From: Octopus sinensis
Lineage: Eukaryota
DNA: 64,000 bases
NCBI RefSeq assembly: GCF_006345805.1
Contig: NC_043013.1
Location: forward strand, 3,472,001-3,536,000
Direction of reading: 5' to 3'
Numbering within the stretch: position 1 is the stretch's first letter; the number at the start of each line of letters is the position of its first letter. A program made the position numbers and the translations under genes. The notes beneath the pieces were generated by a model that worked only from the letters and a program-made list of their open reading frames with translations, ran no database searches and was not told the origin of the DNA. Positions 27,401 through 40,259 of this stretch are shown one piece after another.

Positions 27401-29081
27401 AAAACAATGTGTCCTGCTTTGCGTCATTCAATGTGTCATCCAATCCATTTTTGAGACGATACAGGGTTGTAAATACATATATTTGGTTGCTATTTCTGGC
27501 AAGTCAAGAGACTATATAAAGAATCCCCGGTGTTTCAAAGACTAATGAAGTAGCATCATGCAGTAGAGTGTGCTATAGTTGTATAGTTGTGCCATGGTGT
27601 ATATAAGTGTGTTGTCGGTGTGTAAAATCTGTGTAAAATCTGTTGTTGAACCAATTTGTTTATACATCAAATAGATGTTAATTTATTCTACAAAACTAAA
27701 TTTTGTAATCTCCCAATATTTCATAATATGCTTGGTTTGGTCCTTTTGTATGAGATTTGTGCTTCCGTCTGGTATTGCGGGGGAGCTTTGTCAATTGCCA
27801 ACTGTTGCTTTCGTTATTACTGTTGCTGTTTGTTTGTTTGTTTGTTTGTTTGTCTGTTTGTTTGTTTGTTGAGCGAAGCGGTCTTCGTTCCAGAGCTCGC
27901 AAGATCGCGCCTCAGGATTGTCTGTAGTGGGGGAAGTCCGAAACGTGGTCCTTTTGCTATTCGTAAGACCCGCAGAAGAGAAAGCAGGTCAACACCGAGA
28001 GCATCGACGGATGGATGAATGCGCATCCAGGCTCAGCGGTTGCGTAGGAAGTCGGGGTGTTGTGGCTGTTGCTGCAGCATCTAGTGCTGCTGAGTTCGCT
28101 GATGCTTTTGTCCCTGCTGCTGTTTTTTTTTTTTGTAGTTGTTGTTGCTATTTGTCCCCGTGTTGCACTCGCTCGTGGTTCCCATCAACCATATAAGACG
28201 TTCACCCATCCCCGATCTCTTCAAACAAATCTTTTTGAGCGGAAGGGGAAAATCTGTCATCACGGGATGGAAACATTACAACTTTCATTTCAACTTAGAT
28301 TTAATTAATTATTTAATTAACGAAATTAATTCTTTTATTTTTATAATTTCAATTAGCGGTTATAACAACAACAACAATAACAACAACGGTAGCTGCACTT
28401 GTAACAACAATACCAACTACAACAGCACTCGCAACAGTAATACCATTCCCTGTAACAACAACATCAACATCAACAATACAATCAACAACAGCAAGAATCA
28501 CACAATCGGCAAGTGAACATCACCGAAACCATAGCAACAACAACACTAACTACTATAAATCACAAGAAAGAAAGAAAAAAACGAAATTTAACAATTTTTA
28601 ATTTAATCTTTTTTATTTATAAATTATTTAATTACAATTAAACAATTAATCAAATTTCAGCTTTTAATTCTAGTAATTGGGAGGAGGTTATTAATTTACA
28701 CTTTGATTCCATATTTCCATATTTTCTACACTTTCTCTCAGACAACATAACTTGAATGGTGAGATATAAAAAATCTGTTACTTCCAACAGTTTATCCAAC
28801 CACACCGCTGCCGCCGCCGCCACCACGTGAGATACGCATTCATTCCGCCAATGCACGAAGCAACATCCAAGAGAAAGTCACCCACTCAATACTTAAAGAT
28901 ATCTTCAACTGCTCAGCCCAAACACACAAGTCTCTATGTTATCTACAGACACCTTCTCTCCTCTCTTCAAGGTGTACATCCTGGGTGTTCCACCCTCATA
29001 CATTTCAACCTAATTTACAATTTTTTTATTCAACTATTTATAAACACAGTTTATTTGAACATTTCACATAATATTTATAAG

Positions 29082-29280
29082 ACGGCAAGCTGATAGAAAT
29101 GCTTAGTGGTATTTTTCCCGACCATACGTTCTGAGTTCAAATTCCACCGAGGTCGACTTCACCTTTCATCATTTCAGGGGCGTTAAATAAGTACACTGAA
29201 GTCGTTATAATCGACTTATCCCTCATCCAAAATTGCTGGCCTCGTGCCAAATTTTGAAACTAATATTTATTGAAAAGCAG
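29082..29280 (+). mobile_element. Diverged SINE family B variant
   Basis: GTTCTGAGTTCAAATTCCACCGAGGTCGACTTCACCTTTCATC...GCTGGCCTCGTGCCAAATTTTGAAAC. Confidence 0.8.
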
Positions 29281-30759
29281 TAACGAACGGGAACGTGAAA
29301 CTCTGAATAATAGTTTTTGTGATATTTTTGCTGCTTTTCAGTAAAGCATATTACTCTACCTCTGGTATTCGAGTACTATTTTTTCCACCTTGTTTCGCAT
29401 TTATGTGCTTACTCTGGTGAAACTAATATTTATATACATTTACAATTTACTTAGTGTCATTTAGTAAGGGGGGAACGAAAAGATACAAGCTATTCAAGTG
29501 GAGCTGGTGAGTTCGATGTTCGGTTTCAACTTCTGTAGGTAGGAATTCTAGAAAGTTACCGTCTGCTGTCAAAGATGGAAACTCAGCTTGTAATTTCGGA
29601 GCAGAAGCTGTTTTAGAAGGTGCAGAAAAAGAAGAAGGAGGAAAATGTACTGTGATTAGTGCATATCTGGCAATTATACGGATGAGTTTTTGGGTGGAGA
29701 ACGAATAGAGTTGATAATGTTTATTTGTGTTACAGTTGCACCAGCCCACATGTGTGAATAGTCTTCTATAGTAGATTACACTCGAAGATTGTACAGAGTC
29801 GGCAGCTGTTCACAGCTAAGTAGTCTCAGGTCCAGAAAAATAAATCCTAGTTTGGGAGATGCAATTTCTGCAAAGTCAGGATGTAAGATGTATTTAGAAC
29901 TTGATAAGTTTTTAGCTGTTTTCTTTTTAAGTAAAGAAAGACAGGAGTGATGTGGAAGTACTTTCTCAATATGTTTGCAACTATTTTCTCAGCCAGAATG
30001 TTTTGCTTCTTAAATCTTTTTAACGTCCCAATGCAATTCAAGAGTAAAATACGTGCATTGAATTTTGATAACATTTTGAAGTGGGGAAAACGTTATACTA
30101 GCTTGAATGATGGCGTCTGTATAGGAATGTGTGTGTGTTGGTGGAAGTATCAGTGCGAAACTTGTTAATGTAGAGAAGAGTCCTAAAACTAAGATACATC
30201 CCAATTCAAACAATGGAGTCTCAGATAGATCCATGAACATATTTCACTTTCTTGTTGGTCACTCTGTGTTTCTTGCAGTGGTGAATGCAGTCCAGTTGGT
30301 GAGGGTGATTGATCTACTTTAGAACTTGTAAATATTTTTCTGTCCATCAGCAGATATCTACGTGTATATAACTTGGGAACATGAGGTATATATTTTGGTT
30401 GTCTGAGAAATATGGGTTCACATAAAAAAAAAGGATGATTTTCGAGTGAGGTGTAGTGTGAAGTTAGGCTTTGCGATGACGAATATTTTCATTATGGTTG
30501 AATGTTGCTTAGGGAATAAAGCTTGTGACAACTGAAAAAAGTAAGGCTTCAAACTAGAAAGAGATCAAGAATAGTCAGGAGAAAAGCAGCTCTCATGAAC
30601 TTTCTCAGAGACTGAGATTAATGAGAAAATTGAACGATATTCACAAACCAGAAACCTAACCCGAGTTCTTTCGACTAAGTAGGCTCCATTAATGTCACCC
30701 AAGGATCTCCTAGGAACAGGAATTGAGCTTTCAGTGAGTTTCCACATAATTTCTTCCTC

Positions 30760-30899
30760 CAAAATTTCACTCACAAGGTTTTGGTTACCCCGAGTCTGTA
30801 GTGGAAGACATTCGCTCACGCTACCACGCAGTGGAATTAAACCGCAAAAGCCAAGTATTTGCGTGGCAAACTGCTTAACCACATAGCCATATCTGCGCC
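30760..30899 (-). mobile_element. 5' half of SINE family A
   Basis: Ends AACCACATAGCCATATCTGCGCC, the reverse complement of the head. Confidence 0.75.
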
Positions 30900-31439
30900 A
30901 ACAGATCCGATATCTGGAATTAATGATATAAACTGGTACACAAAATCAAGTTTGGCCAAAATTTCAACCTTTGCATCAACAGTGCTGAAGGATGGGAGAT
31001 TATGAGGAAGCGTGCATATTAAAATCATTGAAAGTTAAGCTGAGGAAGATACATTCAATGTCAGAAACAAATTGTCTAAAGTAATCAACATAATACGAAT
31101 ACAAATACCAGTACACTCCTAAAGATACCAAAGAATATATTCGATTTAGAAGTAGAAAGTTGCGCTTCAAAACTGCTTCTAAAGAATCGCCACGAATTCA
31201 GGAAGATTTTTTTTCTGTGTGATCAATAAATAAATAGTAGAGGGATACACTTATTTATTTTTTTTTTGTGAACTTTGAATTATTAGCATAGAGTCAAAAG
31301 AGAAATGCTTCATATAAAATATATTTATATGCGAAGGAAGGGATATACAGGGTGCAAGAGGTATTAAGGACACGTAATTATTAGTACATTAGTACATTAG
31401 TACATTAGTACATTGCCCATTTTCTAAGGATTGCAAGAT

Positions 31440-32400
31440 CTTTGGTACACAAAGTTTGAATGGAATTAGAGGCAAATGGTGGGAATGTTTCGAAAGAATT
31501 CTAAACGTTCTGCCATTTATCTGATGGGTTCAAGACATTATCGATAACAATCCCGGAAGATCAATGAGGACCATTGTCAAAGAACCTAGGGTCTCGGAGT
31601 GGAGTATTTGAACTGTGGTGCTCCAGGGTATTCAACACAGGTCATATATATTGAAGAGAGGCCAATTCATGTCTGTAAAGACACAGGGGAGCCATTTCTC
31701 CGTGACAAGCGATTTCTTAACGAGGTTAAAAATCCTCACAAACATAACATGTTTTGGTTCTTCTCTGATAAAAAAAAAAACTTTGACCAAGACCAAAAGT
31801 CTCCCAGGAGAAATGACAGCGAGTTATATCCACATCCTTTTTATGTCCCTGAGTGACGCACACTAAGTTTTCAGCAAATGGTTTTAGGAGTGGTTAGTAA
31901 CGATGGTCATGTGATTCCACCTCACATCTTTCCACGGGGTCTTAGAATTAATGCTGCTGGTTATGAGATGGAGGAGAGAGTTGTTAAGCTCTCGATGGAT
32001 GAAGTACGTATTAGAAGACCATAAGTGTTTCAACAAGACTCGGCACCTTTTCACAAAGCTCACATAACAGAAGAATGGATATATGAGACAATTTTTTACT
32101 ATCATGTAACACCAAACTTGTGGCTTCCAACTGTACCAGATTTAGATCCCATGAACCTCAATATTTAGAGCGTCATTGAATGAGAGACTAATGAACAGCC
32201 TCACAATATCATAGGGTTACTGAAGTCCACCATTGTCGAGATGATGTCCGAAATAAATAAAGACCATTTAGAGCAGTTGTGCCAACGATTCTAGTTCCAC
32301 ATCGAAGCTGAAGGCGGATTCGTAGAATAAATTAAAAGAAAATCTTATCGAGCACATTTGCACTAACTTTTAATAAAAAGTTTGATTTTTGCTAAATTAA
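31440..32400 (+). pseudogene. Decayed Tc1/mariner-superfamily transposase
   Basis: WFFSDKKNFDQDQK, MVLGVVSNDGHV, FQQDSAPFH and LWLPTVPDLDPM. Confidence 0.8.
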
Positions 32401-32536
32401 GGACTTTATATCAAATTACCTCCGATGTCCTCAAATACCTCTTGCACGCTTCATTTATGCGCACGCGCGTGTATGCGTGTGTGTGTGTATGTTTGTATGT
32501 AATATCTGTGAGCATGATTTTGTAAATGTGCGTGTG

Positions 32537-32573
<37 letters not shown>

Positions 32574-32575
<2 letters not shown>

Positions 32576-32992
32576 ATCTTTTTCGGTTTGAACGACAGTT
32601 TTTTCTAGCGGTGTCATATGAAATTGTCACCCATAATTATGACCCTAGTATCGATCTATTGCATTTCAATCTGTTTTAGGGTTAGGGTTAGGGGTGGGGG
32701 GAAGGGTATCTTTTTTCTTCAGAAATGTAAATAAACCCAATCTATTTCTTAAACGAGGGACATATTCATACGGCACAGAATGTTTTCACCTCAATAGACG
32801 TCATTGATTGGTTGAAATTGCAGAAATTGAAGAAAAAGAAAACAACAAATATCTTACAAACCATAGAATTTTCTCAGTAAAGCCAAGAGAAAAAGATGTT
32901 TTATAACACATTCTACCAGTATACAAAGTTTAAAAGTGTTTAGTTGCGTGGAAATTATTTTTAGAAAATTGCCGTTCAAACCGAAAAGATCC
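32574..32992. mobile_element. MITE with about 30-bp TIRs and internal TTAGGG repeats, inserted in (TA)n
   Basis: Left TIR GGATCTTTTTCGGTTTGAACGACAGTTTTTTCTA; right TIR TAGAAAATTGCCGTTCAAACCGAAAAGATCC. Confidence 0.85.
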
Positions 32993-33810
32993 ATATGTAT
33001 ACACACACACACCAGATATGTATGTATAAATGAATGTCTGTGTGCGTATATATATATGTGTGTGTGTGTCTATAAGAACGCAAAGGTGAATCGTAATAGA
33101 GACGGGCAAGTAGTTGATGGCTAAGAATATAATCAATATTACAGCGAAGTCTTTCCTCGATGAAGATCATATTTCAACCTGGTGTTCTTTCTGTACTTCC
33201 CTTTATACAATATATCTATTGATATGCCCTATCTATTAATATACATTATTGATATAACCTATTTATTGATATACACCTTCTATCGAATCGTACGCTATTT
33301 ATTGAGCTATATTATATATTGATTTACACGATCTATTCATATACACTATTTATTTATACACCCTATCCATTTATATACAATCGAAAGTAAACTGTATTTT
33401 ATATTTAGAATTCTCTGAGTTGAGTCACTGCAAAAATAAATAAATATAGAAATAGGAAATTTGTGGTGAACAGTATCACGATTTTAAATAATTCTTGTAA
33501 GATATATGAGCATGTCTGGGTGTGTGAGTATTTATGTGTGTGCTTGTCCGCATATATGTGTGTGTGTGTGTATATATATATACAGCGGTGGTGCCCCAGC
33601 ATGGCCGCGGCCTTCGGGCTAAAACATTTTTTAAGGATTTTTTTTAAGGATTTATACATACATACATACATACATACATACATACATACATACATACATA
33701 CATACATACATACATACATACATACATGGATGGATGGATGTATACGCATGTATATTTTCTTTATTAATATTTAGAATGACTCAAGGTCCAAGAGTTTCGT
33801 GTGTATATAT

Positions 33811-33853
<43 letters not shown>

Positions 33854-33855
<2 letters not shown>

Positions 33856-34273
33856 ATCTTTTTCGGTTTGAACGACAGTTTTTTCTAGCGGTGTCATATG
33901 AAATTGTCACCCATAATTATGACCCTAGTATCGATCTATTGCATTTCAATCTGTTTTAGGGTTAGGGTTAGGGGTGGGGGGAAGGGTATCTTTTTTCTTC
34001 AGAAATGTAAATAAACCCAATCTATTTCTTAAACGAGGGACATATTCATACGGCACAGAATGTTTTCACCTCAATAGACGTCATTGATTGGTTGAAATTG
34101 CAGAAATTGAAGAAAAAGAAAACAACAAATATCTTACAAACCATAGAATTTTCTCAGTAAAGCCAAGAGAAAAAGATGTTTTATAAACACATTCTACCAG
34201 TATACAAAGTTTAAAAGTGTTTAGTTGCGTGGAAATTATTTTTAGAAAATTGCCGTTCAAACCGAAAAGATCC
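33854..34273. mobile_element. Second copy of the same MITE, inside the tandem duplication
   Basis: Near-identical to 32574-32992. Confidence 0.85.
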
Positions 34274-35082
34274 ATATGTATACACACACACACACAGATA
34301 TGTATGTATAAATGAATGTCTGTGTGCGTATATATATATGTGTGTGTGTGTCTATAAGAACGCAAAGGTGAATCGTAATAGAGACGGGCAAGTAGTTGAT
34401 GGCTAAGAATATAATCAATAATTACAGCGAAGTCTTTCCTCGATGAAGATCATATTTCAACCTGGTGTTCTTTCTGTACTTCCCTTTATACAATATATCT
34501 ATTGATATGCCCTATCTATTAATATACATTATTGATATAACCTATTTATTGATATACACCTTCTATCGAATCGTACGCTATTTATTGAGCTATATTATAT
34601 ATTGATTTACACGATCTATTCATATACACTATTTATTTATACACCCTATCCATTTATATACAATCGAAAGTAAACTGTATTTTATATTTAGAATTCTCTG
34701 AGTTGAGTCACTGCAAAAATAAATAAATATAGAAATAGGAAATTTGTGGTGAACAGTATCACGATTTTAAATAATTCTTGTAAGATATATGAGCATGTCT
34801 GGGTGTGTGAGTATTATGTGTGTGCTTGTCCGCATATATGTGTGTGTGTGTGTATATATATATACAGCGGTGGTGCCCCAGCATGGCCGCGGCCTTCGGG
34901 CTAAAACATTTTTTAAGGATTTTTTTTTTAAGGATTTATACATACATACATACATACATACATACATACATACATACATACATACATACATACATACATA
35001 CATACATACATGGATGGATGGATGTATACGCATGTATATTTTCTTTATTAATATTTAGAATGACTCAAGGTCCAAGAGTTTC

Positions 35083-35162
<80 letters not shown>

Positions 35163-35239
35163 AGGATAAACATCTTTCCCAAATCATATAGACTCATAGA
35201 TCCGGTTTCACGGCCATCATCACGTATATATATTCCCCA

Positions 35240-35400
35240 GGTGGGAAGGCCATGCCAGAGCACTGCCTTGAAGGGTTTTTAGTTGACCAAATCGACCCCA
35301 GACTTATTTCTTAAGCCTAGTACTTATTCCATCGATTTCCATTGCCGAACCGCTAAGTTACATGGATGTAAACACACCAATAGTGGTTGTCAAACGTTCA
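35240..35400 (-). mobile_element. 3' half of SINE family A
   Basis: AAATCGACCCCAGACTTATTTCTTAAGCCTAGTACTTATTC...GCCGAACCGCTAAGTTAC. Confidence 0.8.
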
Positions 35401-35429
35401 TTAGGAAACAAACGCTTACAAAAAAACAC

Positions 35430-35462
<33 letters not shown>

Positions 35463-35500
35463 CATACATACATACATACATACATACATACATACATACA

Positions 35501-36272
35501 GTCACCATGAATGATCGTTAGCCACTACACACAATTTTTTCTCTCCTTGTTTGCTCTCCTTGTTTTCTGTGTCCCTTTCTGTAGAAGAGCGTAGACTCAA
35601 AACGTAAAAGACTTTTTCTATTCCTGGGCGTTATACTAATACATCTGTCTGTTTTGTACACCACCTGTCTTCGTCTTTTGTTTTTTTTTTCGTAAACTTT
35701 CCCTACATACATACATACATACATACATACATACAGTCACCATGATAGATCGTTAGCCACTACACACATTTTTTTCTCTCCTTGTTTCTCTCCTTGTTTT
35801 TCTGTGTCCCTTTCTGTAGAAGAGCGTAGGCTCGAAACGTAAAAGACTTTTTCTATTCCTGGGCGTTATACTAATACATCTGTCTGTTTTGTACACCACC
35901 TGTCTTCGTCTTTTGTTTTTTTTTTCGTAAACTTTCCCTACATACATACATACATACATACATACATACATACATACATGCATACATACATACATACATA
36001 CATACAGTCACCATGATAGATCGTTAGCCACTACACACATTTTTTTTCTCTCCTTGTTTCTCTCCTTGTTTTTCTGTGTCCCTTTCTGTAGAAGAGCGTA
36101 GGCTCGAAACGTAAAAGACTTTTTCTATTCCTGGGCGTTATACTAATACATCTGTCTGTTTTGTACACCACCTGTCTTCGTCTTTTGTTTTTTTTTTCGT
36201 AAACTTTCCCTACATACATACATACATACATACATACATACATACATACATACATACATACATACATACATA
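35501..36272 (+). mobile_element. Three tandem copies of the about 205-bp hammerhead-carrying unit, separated by (CATA)n
   Basis: Units start at 35501, 35736 and 36007. Motifs lie at 35575-35610 (mutated), 35810-35845 and 36082-36117. Confidence 0.8.
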
Positions 36273-37048
36273 GTGGGTGGAAATTAACTAGGCATTAGAA
36301 ATTGTTTATAGAATTTTTAGTATCACTGATGTGATGACGAAAACGTTTTTTAAACTGACAACACTAATGGGGATTTTTTATTTTCGTGTCTTATTTCCTA
36401 TTTCTTATTTTCCAGATGGCCGATCGCTTGACTGTTCAGGCGCGAGCTAAGATAGCAACACACTATGAAGTGTGGAATTCCATTGTTTCGGATGAGAGAT
36501 GGTGGCCAGCATGGAAACGTAAGCATGCAACATTTCGTCTGGAGACAATAAAAAGTTGTCATGCAAAGCTCGTGAAAGTGGACTAACAAGACACACAATA
36601 CGTACGGGGTTGAATAAAGAGCTGTGTTTTAGTCCATGGAAACCTGAAGACTGTGAGCGCAGAATGGAATGTGGAATGGCTTCAGAAGTGACCGCAGATG
36701 TCCAGAACTCCATGAAGTCCAGATCTCACACCATGTGATTTTTACCTGTGGGGTTACACAATAGAGGATGTGTACAACACAAAACCACACACACACTGGA
36801 GGACTTGGAAACATGGATTCAGGAGCTCCTCAGTGATATCCCAGATGGCATCCTTCAAAAGGTTGTACATTCATCCCTGGCCGTTTGAGGAAACTGGTTG
36901 ACGCCACCGGTGCTTAAGTTGAAATATGAAGATTTACTCTCATTTTCCCATGTAATAAAGAAAATATAACATTTGTTTCAATAAATTTGTAAAAGGAATA
37001 TGGATTTCATGACCAATTTTTAATGCCTACTTACTTTTCACCTACCGT
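36273..37048 (+). mobile_element. Second, more decayed copy of the 17.2-kb Tc1/mariner deletion derivative
   Basis: Starts GTGGGTGGAAATTAACTAGGC, encodes MADRLTVQARAKIATHYEVWN and ends ATGCCTACTTACTTTTCAC. Confidence 0.85.
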
Positions 37049-37187
37049 TCTTTCAGTTTCCATCTGCCAAACCCACTCACAAAGTTTTGGTCAACCCGAG
37101 GCTATAGCAGAAGGCACTCACCCAAGGTGCCACGCAATGGGTCTGAACCCGGAACCATGCGGTTGGGAAGCAAGTTTCTTACCACTA
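37049..37187 (-). mobile_element. 5' half of SINE family A
   Basis: CCCAAGGTGCCACGCAATGGGTCTGAACCCGGAACCATG. Confidence 0.85.
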
Positions 37188-37708
37188 TAAATGTATGTTT
37201 ATATATATATAATATATATTTGGTTAATGAGGGAAACGGAAGGTGGAAGATACGAGAATGTTTATTGATCCTACAGTTGTTTCGACCCATCTACCATGGA
37301 TTCCTCGGGCGTGGGATACTGAATAACTGGTTTATGAGTATTTGTCGGTGTCGATGTGTCTCTTCAGGTGATTACAAGATGTATCTCGCTAAAATAACAT
37401 CTGTTCCACAGGATTTCTTCTTGGTGTGTGTATGAAAAAGCAGCAAATTAAGGGGTACAACTCCTTTATGTTCAGTATCCCATCACTGTGAAATCGATGC
37501 TAGATGGTTCGAAACAATTGTAGTGATCAATAATCATTCTCGTATCTTCAAACTTCTGTCTCTCTCATTAATCAAATACTCGACGAATCCAGAGAAAGTG
37601 AACGTACTTTACTGGTAAACTATCTGGTCTATACCATACGATTTATTTACTAATACGCGCGCACACACACACACGCACACACACACACACACACACACAC
37701 CACACACA

Positions 37709-37781
<73 letters not shown>

Positions 37782-38321
37782 ACAATAACGATAACAACAA
37801 TTGCATCGTGAAGGACAGATATCAGTCATTGAAAACACAAAAACTGCAAACTCCATTTACACATTTATCATCTGGTGTCAAAATTTTCATCGTACAAACT
37901 GCAACCTTGTCACTGACACGTTTTTCACCGCAACTGCTTTGAAGCAAGACTGTGGGCCAGTATATATAGCTTTCAGGGTTTAAAATATATGTTTGTTTCC
38001 ATTCTATATGGGTCAGTCAGTGGTTCTGGCAGTGACAACCAGGAAGCTGACCTACAGTAGAGAAGATACATCATTGAAGAGAAGACGAATGTCGACGAAA
38101 AGACTTTGACAAACATAACCGAATGATTAATCAACTAATCGATTAGTTAAATGGTTAAATAGTTAACCAATTGACAAAAAGTAAAGATGTGAAATAGAAC
38201 CAGTGCGTGTATATATTATTGGCATAATGACCCTCCTGAAATGTAAGAATACACGTATTATTCTTTACTTCTTCGAAAGCTGAGGCCATGCTGGGGCACC
38301 GCCGTTGATCAAATTAACCCA

Positions 38322-38413
38322 CACCCGCAGAGTAACTCGAATCTGCGACCCTCAGATTACCTCTAAGGTCAACCTATAAACGTCTGATGCCCTACTGAGT
38401 GAGCTAGGCAGGA
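38322..38413 (-). pseudogene. tRNA-Lys(UUU)-derived pseudogene or SINE head with a 19-nt intron (38358-38376)
   Basis: TAGCTC..GGGCATCAGAC.TTTA[TAGGTTGACCTTAGAGGTA]ATCTGAGGGTC..TTCGAGT matches the eukaryotic tRNA-Lys-TTT exons. The stems are partly decayed. Confidence 0.75.
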
Positions 38414-38580
38414 GAGCGCTTGGCCTAGTGTTTGGAATATAGGGCTCATGATTATAAATTCGAAGGTTCGATTCCTGAAAGGGACAGCGCGTGGTGTCCT
38501 TGAGCAAGGCACTTAATTTCACGTTGCTCTAGTGTTCTCCGTTGAAAATTAGTACCTACCGATTACCAGTGCGGCCCTTT
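38411..38580 (+). mobile_element. tRNA-derived CORE-like SINE (family D)
   Basis: TGGCCTAGTG box A, GGTTCGATTCC box B and GTGTCCTTGAGCAAGGCACTT CORE-like block. Confidence 0.7.
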
Positions 38581-38589
38581 CTCCCTTCA

Positions 38590-38950
38590 GCTCTCACAAC
38601 GAGGGTGTGACAACTGGAAGTAGAGGGTCTGCGTTGGCTGGGTCATGCCCTCCGTCGTCAACCAGGAGATTTCATCTACGAAGCAATTGCCCCAGCTCCC
38701 CTTCAGGGTTGGCGAAGGCGATGTTGGTGGACAACGAAAAACCTGGCTGATGACAGTCAAGGCTGATCTGGAACCCAACCTAGACCCCCATATCTACGAC
38801 GTTCGTCGTTGGAATAGGGAGTGGCTGGAGATCACGCGGTCGTTAGCCTCAAATCGCCAGGCCTGGTCGGCGTTTGTGAGAGATGCAGCATTGAGGATGA
38901 ATGAAGCCAGCTCAACCCACCCCGGGTGAATGCTGTCTCAAGTCAAAGTC
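38590..38950 (+). mobile_element. 3' end of an RTE-clade LINE
   Basis: LRWLGHALRR...GQRKTWLMTVKADL...NRQAWSAFVRDA, followed by a CAAGT-type tail. Confidence 0.8.
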
Positions 38951-39601
38951 GAAGAGGTGTCTATACCTGCTCGAGACTACATTAGACACCAAAAACAATT
39001 AGAGAAAGCGTGAAACAAACTACAAGGTCACACTCGCTTGCAAGGGACAGTCAGCCTTTTTGCGCATGCGTATTTATGTATGCCTTTATGTACGAATGTA
39101 TATAAATGTATGTGTATGTATCGACGCATGTTACTCCTCAGCTAATACATTGAGATTGGTTATGAATGCTAGTATATATTTCTAACATATCCTAGCTAGA
39201 TATAATATCAATACAAACATACAAGCACTTCCATACACTTATATACATAGTTACACACACACACACGCACACACACACTGCATACGTATATATTCACACA
39301 CATACAAATAGTTACTTACTCTCACACACGCATACATATTTGCTTATATTCATACACTAACGTGCATATTTCGATATTCAAACATGCGCGCATGTACACA
39401 CATGTACACACAGATACACACTTTCTACGCACACACAAACACGCGCACGCAGGCCTATACACAGGCGTGCAGGCACACATACAAGAATATATACACGCTC
39501 ATATTTCTGTTCGTATATGAATGTGTACGTGTATTTTCACGCATGCGCACGTACGTATGTGAGCATGGGCGTTTGTGTATGCGTGTGTATGTCAGTGTCG
39601 A

Positions 39602-39679
<78 letters not shown>

Positions 39680-40136
39680 CGTTTGTGCGTGAATGGGAGT
39701 GTGTAATTTGTATTTGTGTGCGCGTGTATCAATAAAACTAGATCTGATCAGACGTCTTCAGTTTCGATAAACCAGTGTATCGATCTAAAGAGCAGCCAGA
39801 GTCAGCAGATATTCAGTTGCGGGGTCAGTGACGTTAGATGGAGCTTTCAAACCACATCTGGTTGGTTGGTTTGTTGGTTAGTTGGTTGGTTGGCTGGCTG
39901 GTTTGGCTGGTTGGTTGGCACTGGTGGGCGGCTAGGTCGGTCGGTCGGTCGGTCGGTCGGTTGGTGGCTGTTTTGGATGGTGTTACACACTTCCTGTCAA
40001 ACTGTTCTGTTTGCGATAAGAGAATCAGTGCCATTCTAAATTCTATTCCCATTGTAGACCACTGCCTGGCTATCTTTTTGTATATCTATGTATCTACCAA
40101 TTATGTGGATACACACACACACACACACACACACAC

Positions 40137-40172
<36 letters not shown>

Positions 40173-40259
40173 TACATACATACAAACATACACACATACA
40201 TCATAGCATCATAGGGCAAAACCAAGCATTCTCGATTTTTTTTTGACTGAACTGCTAGA

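Larger units (their letters stand above)
32574..35088 (+). repeat. Tandem duplication of about 1.28 kb (32574-33804 and 33854-35088) with (TA)n junctions
   Basis: The two units differ only by a few indels and by microsatellite lengths. Confidence 0.93.

Noticed and set aside
27921-27952. CTGTAGTGG...CCGAAACGTGGTC, hammerhead-like
   Set aside because: The core has two mismatches and stem I does not pair.
35501-36272. CRISPR-like repeat-spacer array
   Set aside because: Eukaryotic DNA with 200-bp repeats, microsatellite spacers and no cas genes.
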